Shown: positions 50,158 through 60,608 of the stretch, in pieces | Position numbering within the stretch: position 1 is the first letter of the stretch | Layout: each line of letters starts with the position of its first letter | From: Blepharisma stoltei ATCC 30299 | Lineage: Eukaryota > Protista > Ciliophora | DNA: 64,000 bases | Assembly: GCA_965603825.1 (NCBI GenBank) | Contig: CBFDEM010000026.1 | Location: forward strand, 70,310-134,309 | Direction: 5' to 3' | Notes under the pieces: generated by a model | Database searches by the model: none | The model's input: only the letters and a program-made list of their open reading frames with translations | Told to the model about the DNA's origin: nothing | Made by a program: the position numbers and the translations under genes

Positions 50158-52572
50158 ATGATCATTTTATTCACTCTTGCTTCTTTAGCAGAAGCCTTAA
50201 TATTACTCCCTTTATTTGAAAAAGCAGACTTTCCAAATTTGCATCCTCCCTCTTCATTCAGGCAACTTTCAGCATCAACAGGTCTGACAAACTATAAAAA
50301 TGTAACCTTTATTTAGAAACAATATTTCGTCCAGATAGGAATTGGAACCCCTCAACAGTATTTTTCAATGCTATTATCCTTAAAATCTTCCTGAATTTTT
50401 ATAGGTGGGAAAGGGTGTTTAAGTTGTCGAAGCTGGACAAATAAATTTGATATCACCAGATCATCGACCTATAAAAATGATTTTAAATATTTGATTATAG
50501 ATTCTATGGGCCTAGAAGGAGATGCTGGAAGAGACAAGGTCAATATTGGAGGAATTGATGCTAAATCTCAAGGAATTATTGTAGAGCGCAAGGAGTATAA
50601 TATGGATAACATAAAAAGTGATGGAATACTTGGGCTAGGCTTTAGTTCTTCTAATAATGGGACTACTCCTATTATTAACACTTTATATGAGCAATATAAT
50701 ATTACCCACAAGATTTTTTCAATCTACTTAAATGATTTAAGCAATCCATATGACTTGCCTAACTTTGGCCAGTCAATGCTTATTATTGATGGCTATGATT
50801 TAAATAAATACTCAGCAGAAAAATCATTTAAATATATAAGCTGCAGAGCAAGCCAGGAAGGATATTGGCAAATGGACTTCGATCATGCCATTTTTAATGG
50901 AATAACATTTACAAGCGGCTATAAAGCAATAATTAGTGTAGGAACCAGCTTAATCTTAGGGCCAAAAGAAGCCATTAATGGCATTTTAAAGCAATTGCAT
51001 AACAATTATAGCTGTGACGATAATAATTTAGGGGAGCTCTTTTGTGATTGCGGTTCGAATTATCCTGATCTTATAATCCAAATAAGCGGAGTAAAATTTA
51101 CAATTAAACCAGCAGCATATTTTTATAAATGAAATGATTATTGCTGGCCATCATTTAATTATACGAATGTGCCAAATACATGAGTGTTAGGTGATACTTT
51201 TCTCAGAAGGTTTTATACAGTTTATGATATGGAAAACATGAAAATTGGTTTTGCTACTGTTGGGAATGTATCTCAAATCTATTCAAATGCAACTAATACA
51301 GGCGGCTCTTCTGGAAATAATTCTACATCAGGTACTAATAGCACAAACCCAGGCTCACATGGAGGTGGGAACAATTCTACAACGAGCGGAGGTTCATCTG
51401 GAAGCGGCTCTGGCACTAATAATTCTACAACAGGTGGAGGTTCATCTGGAAGCGGCTCTGGCACTAATAATTCTACAACAGGTGGAGGTTCATCTGGAAG
51501 CGGCTCTGGCGCTAATAATTCTACAACAGGTGGAGGTTCATCTGGAAATGGCTCAGGTTCTACAGGTGGAGGGTCATCTGGAAATGGCTCAGGTTCCACA
51601 GGTGGAGGGTCATCTGGAAATGGCTCAGGCTCCAGCGGTGGAGGATCAGGGTCTTCTGGAGGTAAAAACCCAGACAATAGTTCTTCTCATAAAAGCAGTA
51701 GCTCAAATGATGATTGAAAGCTTTATTTATCTATAGCTATTCCTACATCTGTTCTCTTTTCTATATTGGTTTTTGTCATAATTTTTCTTTACATCAAGTA
51801 CAGAAAAAGAATGAAAAATCAATCAGATGATAACTTAGAAGAGTGCAGAATTTGTATGGGGCGTTTACCTTTACGTCTTTTGAAAAAGCTAACATGCAAC
51901 CATTATTTTTGTAGTAAAGATTTACGTCAAATGTTAGAGTTTTACATTGCAGAAAATGCTATTGCAAAAGCTATGAAGTGTCCTAACGAAAATTGCAATG
52001 GTGAAATTAGCTCGCTGATTATGCAAGATATATTATCCAAAGAGGCAATGGAGAAGCTGAATTATTTCATGATAAATAGAAACTTCAGAATTATCAAGTG
52101 TCCCAAGTGCAATCAAAAATTTGAATCGTCACAGGAAAGGAGAGCAACGTGCATAAATTGCTATATGGATTTTTGCAGTTACTGCCAAGAGATTTGGCAT
52201 GAAATAGATAATTGTCGAGAAATGTTTATACAGAGGAGATTAAAAGAATTAGAAGCAAGTGGAGAAATGGTGGCGCAGTGTCCTGGATGTAAAGCCCCAT
52301 ATTTAAAGGATCACCGTTGCGACCATGTGCAATGCGTAGACCCAAAATGTAATGTACTTTTCTGCTTCGGATGCTCTGCGAACAGATCGCCTATAATTGC
52401 TCATTGAGAACATTATCATAGGCCAGATTGTGCACATTTTCAAGAAAACAATAGGCAAGTCCGGGATCGATATTCGCCAGAAAAATGTAGTGAATGCAAA
52501 ATATTGGGCAGACTTTGCCTTCCGCCTCAAAAATTGCGCGTTCCAAGAAGATTTGGACCTGGAGAGTCATAA
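50158..52572 (+). CDS. Inactive pepsin-like ectodomain + Gly/Ser stalk + TM + cytoplasmic RBR E3 ubiquitin ligase (AP4, about 799 aa)
   Basis: Signal peptide, 15-nt intron at 50302-50316, continuous frame with TGA=W. TM LYLSIAIPTSVLFSILVFVIIFLYI then KYRKR. RING1 CRIC..CNHYFC..CPNENC, IBR CPKC..CINC..FCSYC..WH...C, RING2 CPGC..CDHVQC...C..FCFGC. Confidence 0.9.
51370..51660 (+). repeat. Coding tandem repeats: 48-nt unit (NNSTTGGGSSGSGSGT) about 4 times, then 36-nt unit (STGGGSSGNGSG) about 3 times
   Basis: Units begin at 51370, 51418, 51466, 51514, then 51559, 51595, 51631. Confidence 0.9.
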
Positions 52573-54039
52573 AATAAGATATGAAAATTAATAATAAATC
52601 TGAATTTTAATAAATTCTACTTAAAAATGATCGTTTTATAATGTAGCTATTTTTAATTTATTTGCTTGCTGCAAAAATTGATGACTTGCTTATGGAAAAA
52701 GCGGGTGGTGCGCAATCCTCAAATATCTAGTTATTGGTTTCTTGGATACAAGTTGTCTAGTGATCTAAAAAAATGATAATATCTATAATCAGTTTCAAGC
52801 TAATTAACCGATCAAGGCTAGCTGAGTTTTCACAATCCTTCTATTTTCTGATTTCTTACACTTTATATATGCAATGCCTTATTTTCTACTCAAATGACTT
52901 TTTCAAACATAAACTCTCAAAATTCTAAAATTACCTTAAAATAAAAACACTCAAATTTATCTTATTTTGATTTTCAGCTAATTCATTTAATAACTTATCA
53001 TTTGTATTATTAAAACCAATTTAAATCTCATCTATGGATTTTATCAAAATCTAAAATGAGTAATTATGAGATATATTATAAGCCAGAGCCTTCTTAATTA
53101 ATTTAATTATATAATGCATTTAGATAATAGTATTTCTACCAATATCGATGGAAATACGCGCTACCAATTAAAATTAGTTGGCAGAATACAAAAGTTTTAT
53201 GCTTGTTGTGTTTCTCTATTGCTTACTTGTTTCAGAGTGAATAAAAAAATTGATTAATGATTTCATGCTTTATTTAGATATATAGATCCTTAGAGATTCT
53301 AAATTGTATGATTATCAGAATTTATTTTTATTTCTTATTTTTGTGTCTTTCCTTGCTCTCCTGATGCATAATCAAGTCAACTCATGAAGGGCAAATAACT
53401 GATTTTTGTATAGCCTATAAAAATAGTGTAATAACCATTATTAAAATTGAAATGCTTCATATAAATATTTTTATTTTGATCACGATAACTTCTGCACATG
53501 TGTGCTCTAGCAAGAGAGAAAGACAAAATGCACTCTACATGTGCACCCAATAGCTTTATATGCATCTGAGGTTCAGGTATATGTCTAAATAAATCTGAAG
53601 CCTTGTCAACGACCTTTTAGAAATTCTAGAAAATCATTTTTCCTGTCTCAACCTTTTCAGATATGAATAGTAGGCCAATATATAATTTAGTATTAGATCA
53701 ATCAGCTTGACGAGCTGACTATAGTGGATCCCACTAAATACCCAAGCAGTGCTTAAGCCTATTTCTAGTGGTAAGTGAAAAACTTAAGATTAAGATCGAT
53801 GCAGAGGTATCGCATGGTTCTATCAATAATCATATAAAACAAAAGGATAATTCCAAAAATTAGTTTCTCTAATAATTTTGCATCACTTATATGGGAGAAT
53901 GGAGTTAGGAAATCTGGTTTAGTGCATCTATACTTCTTTGAGAAGTGTAGAAGCAGTTGTCATTAGCGGCTAAATTGACTATTTCTCATAATTTACTTAA
54001 GCGAATAAACTCATGGCACCATCCCATAATAAATAATCA

Positions 54040-55992
54040 ATGATCATTTTATTTATCTTCCTTTCTTTAGCAGAAGCCTTAATCAGCGTCCCTCTGTATA
54101 AAGAACTGAAACCCTTAACAAACATTTTAAATAAACCTCATCCCTTTTCACTCAGAAGACTTTCATCTTCATCAGCGGTGACAAACTATGAAAACGTACG
54201 CTCTATTTAGTATCAATATTACACTCAGATTGGAGTTGGAACACCTCCACAAAACTTTACAGCGGCGGTATCACTAAAGTATTCTTGGATTTTTATAGAT
54301 AATAAAAACTGTTCTCAATGTCGGGATTCGACAATCAAATTTGATTCCAACAGCTCATCAACCTTTCAAAGTGGGAATAAATATTTGACCTTAGGCAAGT
54401 TAGAAGGATATACAGGGAAAGACACAGTCAAATTAGGAGATGTTGTTGCAGAATCCCAAGGAATACTTTTACTCAACAAGGAGTCAGGTATAGATACCCT
54501 TAAGTCGGATGGTATACTTGGCTTAGGTTTTACCACTTCAAATGATGAAAATCCCTCTATTTTGAGTATTTTATATGCCCAGAATGACATTAGCCATAAG
54601 ATTTTTTCGATTTACTTAAATGATTGCAACAGTCCATCTGACTTGCCTGATTATGGCCCATCAGTGCTGATGATTGATGGCCATGATATAAATAAATATT
54701 CAGCAGAAAGCAATTTTACATATATTAAAGCAGCAAATTCAAATGGATCTTGGCAAATGGACTTCGATAGTGCTTCTTTTGACGGGGTTATTTATACAAG
54801 CGGATCTGCAGCAATAATTACGCCTGGGACCAGCTTTATTTTAGGGCCAACAGATATCATTAATGATATTTTGAAGCGCTTGCACAATAATTATAACTGT
54901 TTCGGTTTTAATGATAAAGATCTTTCTTGCAATTGCAATTCAAATTATCCTGATTTTATACTCCAAATTAGTGGAGTAAAATTTACAGTCAAACCAACAG
55001 CGTATTTGATGAAAAGTGGTCTATTCTGCGTCCCAACCTTTGATTATTCAGCCATACCCAATATATCCAATGCATGAGTATTGGGTGATCCTTTCCTAAG
55101 AAGGTTTTATTCACTTTATGACATGGATAACATGAAAATCGGCTTTGCTACTGTCGGACATACATCTCAGATAAGCTATAATAATTCTTCTAGCTCAAAC
55201 AGTTCTGGCAGTGGATCTTCTGGAACAAACTCTACTTCAGGCTCTAACAGCACAAATTCAGGTAGCGGTTCAGGAACTTCAGGAAATGGCTCTGGGACGA
55301 CCAATCCACCAACAGGCTCAGGATCCAATGGCTCAGGTACCCATAATTCAACAGGCTCAGGGTCCAATAATTCAGGTACCCCTAATTCAACAGATTCAGG
55401 TGGTACAAATTCTAATAACAGTAGCTCTTCTGATAGTTCAGATGACAACTGGAAGCTAATCCTTGCTATAGCACTTCCTGTGTCAGCAGTCTTCATAGCT
55501 TTGGTAGCATTTTTGGCTATTCTCTTCATAAAAATCAGAAAAAGTCGCAAATCAGTCCAAAAAACGCTGGAAGAGGAAGACTTCCGAACACGTGAAGAAG
55601 CGCAGGCACAAGTAGCTTCCAACAATTTTCCCGATAAAGATTATCAATCGAAAGAGACAGCTGCTTATTCAGCATTTGGCCCTTTCAAACAATGCGGAAT
55701 TTGTGCAAGCATGCTTCCTGCAAAAGCCTTAATAGGGTTTCCTTGCGATCACTATTTTTGTAAAGTTGATTTAAAGCATTTTTTAGAGAAGAATATCAAT
55801 GAAAATTCTATGGAACCAGCTATTAGATGCCCCATTAATAATTGTCCTGGAGAGATCAACTCTATCGCAGTTCAGAGTTTATGGGATGAGTTCCAAAAAA
55901 ACCATGCCATAAGTATCAATTTGAGCAGTATTAGTCTAGAATTGAAAAACAATGAAATTGCTGACGCAGAGAAAAATGGCAATGCTTTGTAG
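54040..55992 (+). CDS. Inactive pepsin-like ectodomain + Ser/Gly/Asn stalk + TM + cytoplasmic RING (RBR RING1 only) (AP5, about 645 aa)
   Basis: Signal peptide, 15-nt intron at 54196-54210, TGA=W at 55075 in [W]VLGDPFLRRF. TM LILAIALPVSAVFIALVAFLAILFI, then CGIC...CDHYFC...CPINNC. Confidence 0.88.
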
Positions 55993-56499
55993 TTTTTTAT
56001 AATTATAAGATATCTAGTTAAGTTAAAAATTTTGCACAAAGAAACAACTTAATTCTGATCAATATAATGAACATCTCAATTTAGGTGAGGAGCATGTTTA
56101 ATTGCAATATGAAGATGCTATAATCAATAGTGTTTTATAATAATTATTAGTTATTGAATTACTATCCTTTGTAAATGCAATCTGCAAGCGGGTTATAGAT
56201 CACAATTTTCTTTGACAATCGTTATTTTTCAATCCTCGATAAAAAAATTATTGCTAGGGCTAAATAAAGTGTAGGTTCGTTCAATTGAGATTTATGGCTA
56301 AATTAACCTTATTTTATTTTTTATTTACCTATATATCCTCCTTGAGTGAAGATATAGGTGACTTGCCTTTATAAATTTATTTAATGCTCGATTATAGCCA
56401 TAGCTAATTTAGCTCTGAGGCAATATTTCCTTTAGGCAAAGAATCTTACGATGATCATAAATTAAAGTAACTTATAAAATAGAAGCTTAAAGTAGTAAT

Positions 56500-57543
56500 A
56501 TGGACTTTAAAACTAGATATCAACTAAAGTTGCTTAGCTCCGAACTAAGCCCTATAGAAAAAGTCCTTAATAACGAATTAAATGACACTCAAAGGCTGCT
56601 CAGTCAAAACGAAAATTGATTATTTAATCCTGAAAAATGAAAATCCCTAAGGCATATTCTTATTATGAACCAAGCCAATAATCTAAAAGCAGAAGAAAAT
56701 TTTAGAAAAGCTTGCTTTTTATATAAGGAAAGCTCTATTTCCAGCTCGGAAATAACTGAAGCTTTTCAAGAATATGTTAGAGCTTATAATCAGCTCACAT
56801 CTCTTTATCTTATCCGTAGACTTAATAAAACAGTCAATTTGATTGTTTATAATACTGAAAACGAAATAGAAGAAGTGAAAACGCTCGGGACTCCAGAAAT
56901 AGACAGCACGACATGCCTAGCTCGATTGCCAAATGGCGATCTATTCTGTTTTGGTAATTATGAACTGTCAGGGATTACCTTAATAATTGATAATAATCAT
57001 AGAATTCGATTGCTGCCATCTGGAACGCCTTGCAAATACTCGTCAGCTATTTATTATAACAGAAATGTCTATTGCTTTGGAGGATATAACCACAATAGCC
57101 CACTATTTTTGTCGAGTAGATTTAATATAGAAAAAAAGCGGTGATTTAAATTGCATCCAATGCCATTAAAAGATTATAGCTGCAATAGTGTTATATTTAA
57201 TGGGAATATATTAATTTCTGGATTGAAAAACACTAATCTTTTGGTATACTCAGTTTATGTATCCTCTTTTTCAACGATTCCTTATAGCTTTACTGAACAT
57301 ATAGCAAAGATCTTGATAAGTACAGCAGAAAGGCTGTATTTGATTGAGTGTCCGAATGGATTAATCTATGAAAGCGGGATTAAGGATGAGTACAATTGGG
57401 ATATCATAGGAAATTCTTCAATAAAGAGCTGGACTGCCCAAGTGTATAGTTCATATAATAAAGGCGTAATTTATATCATAACAGATATTCAGCCAAGATA
57501 TTACAAATTTGATTTAGAGAAAAGACAGTTTATTAACTTTTAA
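56500..57543 (+). CDS. Kelch-like beta-propeller protein (347 aa)
   Basis: Open from ATG 56500 with TGA=W. LPNGDLFCFGN, LPSGTPC, VYCFGG, [W]FKLHPMP and SYNKG motifs shared with the AP2 cytoplasmic domain. Confidence 0.8.
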
Positions 57544-57633
57544 TGCTAAAGTTATGGTGGTAAAGATTGTTATTAGTATGTATTAAGCGGGGAATAAAAA
57601 TAAATAATGCTAATTATTACCATTAGTGCCATA

Positions 57634-59493
57634 TTATAATATCTTTTCAATAGCTCTATTATTTAGGCTAAACCTGTAGTAGTTTTCAGAAAACCCTACG
57701 CAGCCAATATATATTGCACCTTTATTGTATGAGCAGTAAACCTGATTAGGTGAGCTATCAGAAATTCTTGAGTTCCCTATTTGATTCCAACCATTTTCGT
57801 TATTTATTTCACTTTCATATATCTTTCCGGATAAGCCGCATTCAATCAAATATAACTTTTCAACATTTATTAAAATTTTTCTTTTTTCTCTGCAAAGCTA
57901 TAAGAAACGCTTGAAAAAGAGTCGCTGCTGGTTGAATATCTTAAAAGATTTGCACTATAAAACCCCGCTATCAATATATCATCGTTTCATAATATACAGT
58001 GGCACTTACAGTCATTTCTAGGCATGGGAGTTAATAGATAGCATATATTAACACCCAAGTCGAATTTCAAAGATAAAGATAAAGCTAAAGAGCCATTATT
58101 TTCACCACCAAAGCAATATACTTTTCTATTAAAATAAATCGCTGAGGAATGGAAGCAAGGGGTTCCAGATGGCAGCTGTTGGACTCTATAATTTTTACAG
58201 ATTTTCAATGAAATGCCAGAAGCAGGAGATCTACCAAAGCAAAATAGCTCGCCATCTGGAAGCTGAGCTATGCAAGTACCAGAGTTTAATGGTTCCGGAG
58301 TCTCCAAGAGTTTCTCTTCTCTATTTTCATGTTCAGTGTCATAAATAAACAAATTCGTTCTATTGCTAATTGTGTCAATAGCATAAAGAGATGCTATTCG
58401 ACAATAAGCGGCTTTGTAATCTTGGTAAAGATAAGTGTATAATAATGAATCTGCCAAATTCTCAATCTCATTCTCTAATGCTATCATTTCTCTGAAATCT
58501 CGCTCTATTTCTTGACTATTCGCTGAGTTTGAGATTAATAATAATGCTTTGAGTTTGATTTTTATTATTTGAATTTTTGAATCATAGTCAAGGCTAAGAT
58601 CTTCTATGGCGCTAAGATTCAGCTGAGAATTATAAAAATCCTCTTTAATTTCTGTCTCCTGCCCTTGGAATCTATCGTAGAACTCGTTTTTACTTATCTC
58701 AATACACAGGATGAGATTCAAAACAGAAGCTTCAATTTCTGATAGCTTATCGCGAGTTTTACTCGAATGGATCCTCTTTCGGCAATCTTTAAGCTGTTTT
58801 TTGATCTCATTTAGATGGCATACAAACACATTAAACTTCTCTTCAACAAACTCTTTAAAAATTCCACCAATTTCTAGTCCAGAAAAAGACTTCTTAATTT
58901 TATACAAGTTTGAGATTATCGGAGTGTCCTTAATGTGAGAAGCTCCTTTAAAACTATCTTTATGGTCAAGAGACTTCCCCAACTCTTCATAAAGTCACTT
59001 TATTTCGTCATCTTTTTCTTACGAGATCTTCAGCATCTTTATTGAGAGTATCAATTATATCTGATTGATTTTTAATCTGTTTTAGATAAGTAGCAAGCTT
59101 TCTTTCGAGCGACAAATTTTTTTCTTTTTCTTCTCCGTACAAATTAGCAAGATTTCCAAGCTGCTCTTTTTCCTTTTTCAGGTGATCCTCAAGAAATGCT
59201 TCTCTCATATTGATGGCTTCTAGTAAATCGATTTTAATTTGATTTTCCAGCTGAATTTTTGGAATGTTTTCTTTAAATTTGTTGATTATTGCTTTTAAGC
59301 TATGATTATCGAGTAGGACTGTACTTTTTAAAGCTAAGCCTGTCAGTGGGCTAGTTTTTTTCCTCTGAAATCAAGCTGTAATTGATTCTCTCTCATAACT
59401 GTGACCATCTGCTGCCACAACGGGATCTTCCATTAAGTCTCCTGTTATTGGGCAGCAAAAATCATCTGGAATGTCAACAAAGTTTTCAACCAT
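57634..59493 (-). pseudogene. U-box + coiled-coil + Kelch gene with two frameshifts
   Basis: [40 protein letters not shown][W]F U-box, then coiled coil and Kelch motifs. The frame breaks in A-runs near 59012 and 57885 (pseudogene or homopolymer sequencing errors). Confidence 0.75.
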
Positions 59494-60049
59494 GCGCGCC
59501 AAAATAATTGTAGATACAATTAAATATCAATAAAGAAATTTCCAAAATGATTTTTAAAGAAACTGGTGGACTTTTATGAGAGATTATAGTAATTAAATTA
59601 AAATTTTAAATATAATAAGCTGCGTAAAATGATTTACTGGTGTCAGAAAGTCTTGCTTATAATTTTATTGATAATGCTTTAGAGAGGATTATTTTGCTAC
59701 CATAAGTGTAGCTTTCGGCTCAAAAATTGTTGGCATTAAAAACGCAAAAAGTCGCAATTAAATATCGCATCGCTCAAATTTTCTGGCCTTCCTAGTAAAA
59801 ATTGATCTATTGCATATCAGAAGCTTTGCTGGTATACGATATCAAGGTGAAATTCCTTTAAAGATTCTGCAACATGGTTTGAAGAAGCAAGAGCATATGG
59901 GCATCCTATAATGTTTAATACCAGGTGTTTACAAAATTGAGCAAAGTTGTTTTTTAAAAATCTTTAATAAATTTGCTTTAACTCTTATATTATATAAATC
60001 TATATATACTAATAAGAATGAGCTCTAGCAGATATACTTTATTATTGAT

Positions 60050-60490
60050 AAGATTATGCATTTTCAAAACTCTTTGTTTTGCTAAAGCATTCCAAAGCTT
60101 CTTCTCATCTGACTAATATATATAGAGCACATCCTTTATTATAGTAACAATTTGCACAGTTCGAGTTGATTCTAATTGCATTGTCCTGATGTTTTACTGA
60201 TTTTTCATATCTCTATTTATAATCGAAGATATTTCCTATTTTATTGTATGCAGGTGCATCATTTTGATCAATTCTGATGCCTTTTTTATAGCATTCCATA
60301 GATATTCTCTTCTGCCTAACTTATATAGAGCATCTCCTTTTTTGAATAGTAAATTGCACAGATAGGGTTAATTTTAATTGCATCATTATAATGTTTTTAC
60401 TACTTCTCCATATCTCTTTTTATTTTAGAAGGTAATTCCTATGTTATTGTATGCAGGTGCATCATTTGGATCAATTCTGATAACCCTATT
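60050..60490 (-). pseudogene. Degenerate TPR-repeat fragment
   Basis: Repeated segments resembling the adjacent TPRs (DPNDAPAYNNIG, KGDALYKLGR..., YYNKGCALY) with frameshifts and stops. Confidence 0.6.
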
Positions 60491-60608
60491 TTCAACTGTT
60501 TAATGCTAGCTGTAAATTCTAATTCCTTCTTAAGCTTTAAATGCTTCCCAAAGTGAGATTCAGAGGATAGAGTTAAATGAGAGGTGCATGGATATTCTTA
60601 TATAATTA

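Noticed and set aside
51279-51677. Pro-rich antisense ORF and the alternative-frame ORF 51245-51736
   Set aside because: Shadows of the Gly/Ser stalk repeats of AP4. The same applies to 55176-55625, 55211-55459 and 44770-45099.
39675-55992. Annotation as active cathepsin D/pepsin proteases
   Set aside because: Neither DTG/DSG catalytic motif is present in any copy.
57880-59015. Euplotes-style programmed ribosomal frameshifting in the U-box-Kelch gene
   Set aside because: The breaks lie in A-runs without a consistent AAA-TAR signal and this mechanism is not established for heterotrichs; decay or sequencing error is simpler.
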